From: a virus
Taxonomy: Duplodnaviria > Caudoviricetes
Virus record (IMG/VR): IMGVR_UViG_3300011339_000613
Location: 1 to 29,430 of that record
Length of the DNA: 29,430 nt
Strand: one strand, 5' to 3'
Shown: positions 24,747 to 29,430 of the stretch, in pieces
How the letters are laid out: each line of letters starts with the position of its first letter
Position numbering within the stretch: the first letter of the stretch is position 1
Position numbers and translations under genes: made by a program
Notes under the pieces: model-generated
The model's input: the letters and a program-made list of their open reading frames with translations, nothing else
Databases searched by the model: none
What the model was told of the DNA's origin: nothing

Positions 24747-25823
24747 ATGGCAAACCTACTGCAAAGTTCCCAAACACAAGCAACGGAAGCTCCCGGCTTT
24801 TACACGGACTACCTGAGCAACATTGCGACTAAGGGTGCGGCGGCTGTTGATCCCACCACGGGAGCACAGTATGTCGGTTCTCAACCGTTACAAGAGGCGG
24901 CTTTTGCAAACGTTCAAGGTGCGGCTGGAGCTTTCAAGCCAACACTGACTGCCGCTGAAAACGTTTTGATGAGTGCGCGTGATTCAACAAGCCCACTATC
25001 AGCCGCTACTGATTATTTGACTGCCGCAGGAACAAACCCAGCCACTGCCGCTACAGGGTACATGAGTCCATACACAAACAGTGTAGTTAACCAGATCGGA
25101 AATATCGGTCAGCGCAACATCATGCAGAACCTTGCACCTTCAGCGACTGCGGGTGCTGTGGGTTCTGGTCAGTTTGGATCTAAGCGTGGTGCTGAAGTTT
25201 TGGGTCAAACAATCCAGAATGCTAGCCGTGACATTTTGGGTCAGCAGACCTCTGCAATGGACAAGGCATATCAAACGGCTTTGGATACTGCAATCAAGCA
25301 AAATCAAATTCAAGCCCAAATGGGTCAGACAGCAGGTACGCTTGCTTCTCAGGGAACACAGAATTTAACCAACTTGGGGAATGTTGCAGGTCAATTGGCT
25401 TCAACGAATCAAGCACTGAATTTAGCTGATATCAATGCTTTGGCTACCCTTGGCGAACAGCAACGCACACTGAAGCAAAACGAGCAGTTGTTCCCATTGA
25501 GCAACTTGTCTACACTGTCAGGCATGCTTCGTGGCTACAACGTACCTACAACGACAAAGACGACCGCACAGATGTCTCCGCTGTCTGCCTTGGCTGGTGT
25601 GGGTGCAGGCGCGATGGGAATGTTTACCCCCGGCGCTGGTGGTGCAACACCATACGACAGTTTGACTAAAGCGCTTAAAGGCATGACAACAGGTTCTGGT
25701 GCATCGGATATGTTTGGCAACATCATTTCGATTGATCCAACATTTAACACCGAAGGTTCTGTGCAAGGAGGCACATACACAGATCCTGTCACTGGTGAAA
25801 CTTATGACACTGGGAGCGCTTAA
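24747..25823 (+). CDS. Putative internal virion/DNA-ejection protein
   Basis: YMSPY...VV, AVGSGQFGSKR, Gln/Ala-rich coiled coils and C-terminal SPLS.LAG.G motifs, typical of podovirus ejection proteins. Supported by synteny. Confidence 0.7.
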   Translation: MANLLQSSQTQATEAPGFYTDYLSNIATKGAAAVDPTTGAQYVGSQPLQEAAFANVQGAAGAFKPTLTAAENVLMSARDSTSPLSAATDYLTAAGTNPATAATGYMSPYTNSVVNQIGNIGQRNIMQNLAPSATAGAVGSGQFGSKRGAEVLGQTIQNASRDILGQQTSAMDKAYQTALDTAIKQNQIQAQMGQTAGTLASQGTQNLTNLGNVAGQLASTNQALNLADINALATLGEQQRTLKQNEQLFPLSNLSTLSGMLRGYNVPTTTKTTAQMSPLSALAGVGAGAMGMFTPGAGGATPYDSLTKALKGMTTGSGASDMFGNIISIDPTFNTEGSVQGGTYTDPVTGETYDTGSA

Positions 25824-25825
25824 TA

Positions 25826-27310
25826 ATGGCTACACCAAATAACATTGAAAAAACAAGCCCTCCAGCTTTTGACATTAAAAGCCCTTTAGATATCAGCAAG
25901 TGGAATCCTGTTGGCGATGAAGTGCCAGCAATTGCCGCTGAAAAACAGAAGACTTTGGACGCTCAAGAAAAGCTAGTGAAGTCATTGGAAGAGCGTTACG
26001 CAAATCCAAACTGGTTCAAGGTTGCCGCAGGTTTCTTGAAGCCCCAACTGGGTGGCTTTGCCGCGTCTTTGGGAAGCGCTTCAGAGGCGCTTGGTGAGGG
26101 CGTGGAAGCACAACGTGCCATTGCCCCTACCATTGAGCGCATGCGAGCAGAAGTCGCTCAAGGTCGCATTGGTATGGAAACCAATAAAGAGCAAGCTCGT
26201 GCAATTGAAGAGTACGACAGGTTAGGACTGAACGACACAGCCAAGTTGCGTAAGATCTTGAGTCTTGCGCCCAACTCTGATGTTGGTAAATCAATTTTAG
26301 ATCGCCTGCAATTAGAGTCTGGACGTCGTGCAGAAACAGAAGCTGGAATAAACATCCAGAAAGAATTGATGAAGAACCCTGCGCTGAAGATCATCAATGA
26401 TCCGACGTACAAGGGCATCGAGACAGACCCAGCAAAACAGCAAGCGTTTGTTAAATCTGTTGGGGAAGGACGACCTGCTGGTATCACCCCACAAGAGTGG
26501 GCTGGTATGGGCTTTACTGCAAGAACAGAGGCAATTATTTCTGCCGCAAATGAGAAGGCTAGTCAGTTCTTAAAAGAAGGTCAGAAAGCTTCTTTGGAAG
26601 CAGAGCGTTCGCATGAGGTTCTTGATGACCTGAGTTCGTTGCGAAGACTTGCTGTTGATCCATCTCTAGCTCCTTTGTTCTCTGTTGCACAGAACGGCGA
26701 TTTGTTCTCTCAGTTCCGTGCGTTCTTGGACAAGAACCCCGGCAACACTCAGGGTGCTGTCGAAGGTTTGGTTGCCGCAACAATTGCAAGGCTTAAAAAC
26801 CCAGATGAAGCTACTCGCGCCAAGGCTGACAAGCTCATTAAGAACGTTGCTGATCTTGAAGTCAGATTGCGTGGCACTTTGAACAACCCAACAGACGCCG
26901 CTACTGCTTTGAGTATTTCACGTTCACCAAGCATGTCTAATTCTCAAGCTGGCTTTGTTGGCATCATTGACCAGTTGGGTTTGAGTGCTTATAGAGACAT
27001 TGAGTTGAACAGCTTGCGCAACAAATTAAAGTTGACTGCAAGCGATCAGATTCCGACCGAGCAGTATCGTCAGTTCAGAAACAATATTAGAGATCTGAAG
27101 GATGAGATGGCAACAAAGTCATCTTTGGACACAACGCCAATTTGGTTTTATCCCGGCAAACAAGAGACTGGTGCCAAAACTGATACTAAAGCAACCGTGC
27201 CTACGGCGGCTTCTTCGGCTCCTGCAACACAAGCAAAACCAACTGGTGGTGAGCGAAAGCCCCCTGCTGGATGGAGAAAATTGCCTAATGGTGATTTTGA
27301 AAGAATCTAA
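25826..27310 (+). CDS. Putative internal virion/DNA-ejection protein
   Basis: 494-aa helical protein with N-terminal WFKVAAGFLKP..GGF..SLG. Position in the ejection block. Confidence 0.6.
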   Translation: MATPNNIEKTSPPAFDIKSPLDISKWNPVGDEVPAIAAEKQKTLDAQEKLVKSLEERYANPNWFKVAAGFLKPQLGGFAASLGSASEALGEGVEAQRAIAPTIERMRAEVAQGRIGMETNKEQARAIEEYDRLGLNDTAKLRKILSLAPNSDVGKSILDRLQLESGRRAETEAGINIQKELMKNPALKIINDPTYKGIETDPAKQQAFVKSVGEGRPAGITPQEWAGMGFTARTEAIISAANEKASQFLKEGQKASLEAERSHEVLDDLSSLRRLAVDPSLAPLFSVAQNGDLFSQFRAFLDKNPGNTQGAVEGLVAATIARLKNPDEATRAKADKLIKNVADLEVRLRGTLNNPTDAATALSISRSPSMSNSQAGFVGIIDQLGLSAYRDIELNSLRNKLKLTASDQIPTEQYRQFRNNIRDLKDEMATKSSLDTTPIWFYPGKQETGAKTDTKATVPTAASSAPATQAKPTGGERKPPAGWRKLPNGDFERI

Positions 27311-27312
27311 CT

Positions 27313-28683
27313 ATGGCAACAATTGCTGACTACAACAACAATCCCGGCAACATCAAGCCACCCAAGGGCGTCACTTATGACGGTCAAATTGGTGTAGATG
27401 ACCGAGGCTTTGCTATCTTTGAAAACAAAGACTTTGGTCGCAAAGCGTTGGTCGGTGATATTGAAATAAAACTCAAAAACGGGTTGACTAGCCCTGAAGC
27501 ATTTATCAATCGCTATGCCCCAGCAGGTAGCGAGAATGATGAAGACGCTCGAATGAACTACAAGATTTTTCTTGCAGATCAACTTGGGATGAAAAACACT
27601 GGGGACAAGTTTCCAGAAAACTCTGCACAAAAAATTGCTGATGCAATTGCGCATTTTGAAGCTGGTACTCGCCCAGAGCAAGCCGCTACACCTGAAGTTC
27701 CTAAGCCTCCAACACAAGGCGCTCAAATTGCAAGCCCCAATACGACTCCAGCACCGATGGAAATTTCTCCTGAGCTTGCTGGTTATGTTGGTGGTAAAGC
27801 AGGTGCGGCTGTGGGTACTGGCGCTATTTTGGCAAAAGCAAAGTTTGATACAGCCAAAGAAGCCAAAGATGCGTGGGATGCGCTAAGAAGCAAGATGCCG
27901 GGATCTGCTCCTGCGCCTGATGTAGCACCCACGTCCGCGTGGCCCGGCACTCGCACACCTGCAACACCATCACAAGCCGCAGTTACCCCTGCACAACGTT
28001 TGTTTGAAGGCGCTGAGGATGTGGCTGGCTTGACAGGTCGTGAGAGACAAACAGCTTACTCAGAGGCTACAAGCCAAAGAGCGGCGGCGGCAAAAACTCA
28101 AGAAAACATCGCAAAAAGTCTTGGGTTGAATCCTAAGGAACAGGTTGCTAAGTACCCTTCCGTTTCTTCTACACCAAGCGGCACAATCATTACAAAAGAA
28201 TTGCGTGATGAATTGGCGCTAAGAGAATTGGTTCGTCAAAAAGATGAAGCCGAAAAGTTAAAAGCTTTAAGAAGTAAAAACGTTCAAGCGGCTGAAAAAG
28301 CTGGAACACCTTGGCAGAACATAGTTGCTCAAAAAGCGGCTGATGCGGCAAAACAACCTTCCCCTATATTTGCTTATGCACGACGTCTAGCTGGGTTGCC
28401 AGTTAAGGGTGCATTGGCTGGTGCAGGCTTTGCGGCTGAAGCGGCTGATGCCTATAACCGCTACAACAAAGGCGAAAAAGGTGAGGCGGCTGTCGGTGGC
28501 TTAGGCGCTGTGGCTAACCTTGCCGCGCCGTTTGTAGGCTCTATGGGGGCGTTACCTTCTATTGGTATTGCCGCACCACTGTACTTGACGGCGTCTGACC
28601 GTATCAAGCGTTTGGCGAAGAATCCTGAAGAGATTAGGCTTCAGGAAGACGCCTACGATGCTATGGGGAATCCCGTGCGCTAA
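27313..28683 (+). CDS. Putative internal virion protein with N-terminal lysozyme-like (NNNPGNI) domain
   Basis: YNNNPGNIK...GFAIF....G.KAL...FINRYAP...END...Y......AI.HFE motif of virion-associated lysozyme-like domains, followed by a Pro/Ala linker and a Gly/Ala-rich hydrophobic C-terminus. Confidence 0.7.
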   Translation: MATIADYNNNPGNIKPPKGVTYDGQIGVDDRGFAIFENKDFGRKALVGDIEIKLKNGLTSPEAFINRYAPAGSENDEDARMNYKIFLADQLGMKNTGDKFPENSAQKIADAIAHFEAGTRPEQAATPEVPKPPTQGAQIASPNTTPAPMEISPELAGYVGGKAGAAVGTGAILAKAKFDTAKEAKDAWDALRSKMPGSAPAPDVAPTSAWPGTRTPATPSQAAVTPAQRLFEGAEDVAGLTGRERQTAYSEATSQRAAAAKTQENIAKSLGLNPKEQVAKYPSVSSTPSGTIITKELRDELALRELVRQKDEAEKLKALRSKNVQAAEKAGTPWQNIVAQKAADAAKQPSPIFAYARRLAGLPVKGALAGAGFAAEAADAYNRYNKGEKGEAAVGGLGAVANLAAPFVGSMGALPSIGIAAPLYLTASDRIKRLAKNPEEIRLQEDAYDAMGNPVR

Positions 28684-28768
28684 GGTAAGCCCAGAAGAAA
28701 AGCCAAAACCATCCTGATCCGAGTAATGAAATCAGACCGTAGATCAGAAGAATAATAAGTGAGTCCAT
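28661..28768 (-). CDS. 35-aa hydrophobic membrane peptide, not in ORF track
   Basis: MDSLIILLIYGLISLLGSGWFWLFFWAYLSARDSP*. Fills the gap between the last structural gene and the hairpin, with a 23-nt tail-to-tail overlap. Confidence 0.55.
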   Translation of the reverse strand: MDSLIILLIYGLISLLGSGWFWLFFWAYLSARDSP

Positions 28769-28771
28769 AAG

Positions 28772-28799
28772 AAGCCCCCACCGCCAAGTGGGGGTTTTT
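28772..28799 (+). terminator. Rho-independent terminator ending the structural operon (possibly bidirectional)
   Basis: AAGCCCCCAC-CGCCAA-GTGGGGGTT stem followed by a T-run, between convergent gene blocks. Confidence 0.85.
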
Positions 28800-28801
28800 G
28801 T

Positions 28802-29020
28802 TTATGCGTTGTCTCTGATCTCTTGTAGCTTATCGGCTACAAGGGTGTTTAAGCTACGAACAACCTTGACGCACTGTTTGCGCTCCTCTTCGACAATAGC
28901 TGGTGTAGCAGTCTTTACGAATGCTTCTGCCAGCTTCATCAAATCCTCTTCGAGGAAGTTGTAGTTCTCTTCAAGAACGAGGTTAATGAAGGTGTCTGTG
29001 ACTTGCTCTTTGGTGATCAT
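28802..29020 (-). CDS. Hypothetical protein (72 aa)
   Basis: GGAG RBS on the minus strand, ATGA overlap with the upstream gene, and an EERKQCVKV motif common in small phage proteins. Confidence 0.75.
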   Translation of the reverse strand: MITKEQVTDTFINLVLEENYNFLEEDLMKLAEAFVKTATPAIVEEERKQCVKVVRSLNTLVADKLQEIRDNA

Positions 29021-29271
29021 GCTTTCTCCAGTGCTTTTTGCGCTTTTTTCTTTGCCAAATACGTTCTCATGTATTGACGTTGTTTTTCTCTTTGAGCGGC
29101 AGTCAATGGCTTTTTAGGATATTTTTTCTTAACTACGGGAGCAGGTTTGGCTTCCAACACTTTGACCTTCGCTCTGAGCATTGTGATCTCAGACGCCGCT
29201 AGGCTCATATCTTTAGACAGCGCTTTGATCTGGTCAAACAGGTACTTTTTTTCTTGGTTTGAAATAAACAT
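29017..29271 (-). CDS. Hypothetical coiled-coil, basic-tailed protein (possible nucleic-acid binding)
   Basis: The ATG at 29271 with a GGAGAG RBS is preferred to the TTG at 29283. C-terminal QREKQRQYMRTYLAKKK. Confidence 0.7.
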   Translation of the reverse strand: MFISNQEKKYLFDQIKALSKDMSLAASEITMLRAKVKVLEAKPAPVVKKKYPKKPLTAAQREKQRQYMRTYLAKKKAQKALEKA

Positions 29272-29272
29272 A

Positions 29273-29430
29273 TCACTCTCCAAATTTGTTTTTGAGTTTC
29301 CAAAATGTCAGCAAAGCTTGGAACATCGCCCAACCGCGCTGAAGCTCTTCTTCTGACCATTCATGGATCTTGATCAGACCGTGGTTAGAAGCTGATGCAA
29401 AGACGTTCGCGCAACGTGCATTGGGTAAGC
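29273..29430 (-). CDS. C-terminal fragment of a probable PD-(D/E)XK-type exonuclease-like phage protein (truncated by window edge)
   Basis: Read manually: LPNARCANVFASASNHGLIKIHEWSEEELQRGWAMFQALLTFWKLKNKFGE*. The family is recalled from similar C-termini, and the catalytic motifs lie outside the window. Confidence 0.5.
   Translation of the reverse strand, partial: LPNARCANVFASASNHGLIKIHEWSEEELQRGWAMFQALLTFWKLKNKFGE

Noticed and set aside
29147-29356. Plus-strand 69-aa ORF
   Set aside because: It is antisense to two better-supported, coupled minus-strand genes and lies beyond the plus-strand terminator.
1-29430. Stop-codon reassignment, tRNA or other structured RNA genes
   Set aside because: Genes tile densely under the standard code with TAA, TGA and TAG all used as stops. 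Intergenic gaps are too short, and no cloverleaf was seen.

Overview
This window is the virion-morphogenesis arm of a tailed dsDNA phage, most likely a short-tailed (podovirus-like) uncultured phage of a Gram-negative host. Almost all genes are on the + strand and tightly coupled. The order is: pre-capsid genes, major capsid protein, a block of basic Lys/Gly-rich proteins, head-tail adaptor, tail-fibre/receptor-binding module, a multi-gene lysis cassette ending in a GH24 endolysin, a second adaptor, tail/nozzle proteins, and four putative internal (ejection) proteins including a 2039-aa giant. A hairpin terminator at about 28.78 kb separates this from a convergent minus-strand block (small ORFs and a probable nuclease C-terminus). 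No tRNA, rRNA, CRISPR array, integrase or reverse transcriptase was seen. Six coding regions missing from the ORF track were found by reading the sequence. The most interesting signal is a candidate virion polyprotein/cargo system. Several proteins carry a recurring [F/Y/M/L]-x-x-G-G motif, with unrelated segments between copies and shared Cys-containing C-termini (GGGC*, GG..KSCW*). Inside the gene at 2472-3635, a -1 frameshift-like signal (A AAA AAA, 5-nt spacer, perfect 9-bp stem) would give a shorter product ending LRDGGNC*, which reproduces the same kind of C-terminus. All functional calls come from motif recognition and synteny; no database searches were run.
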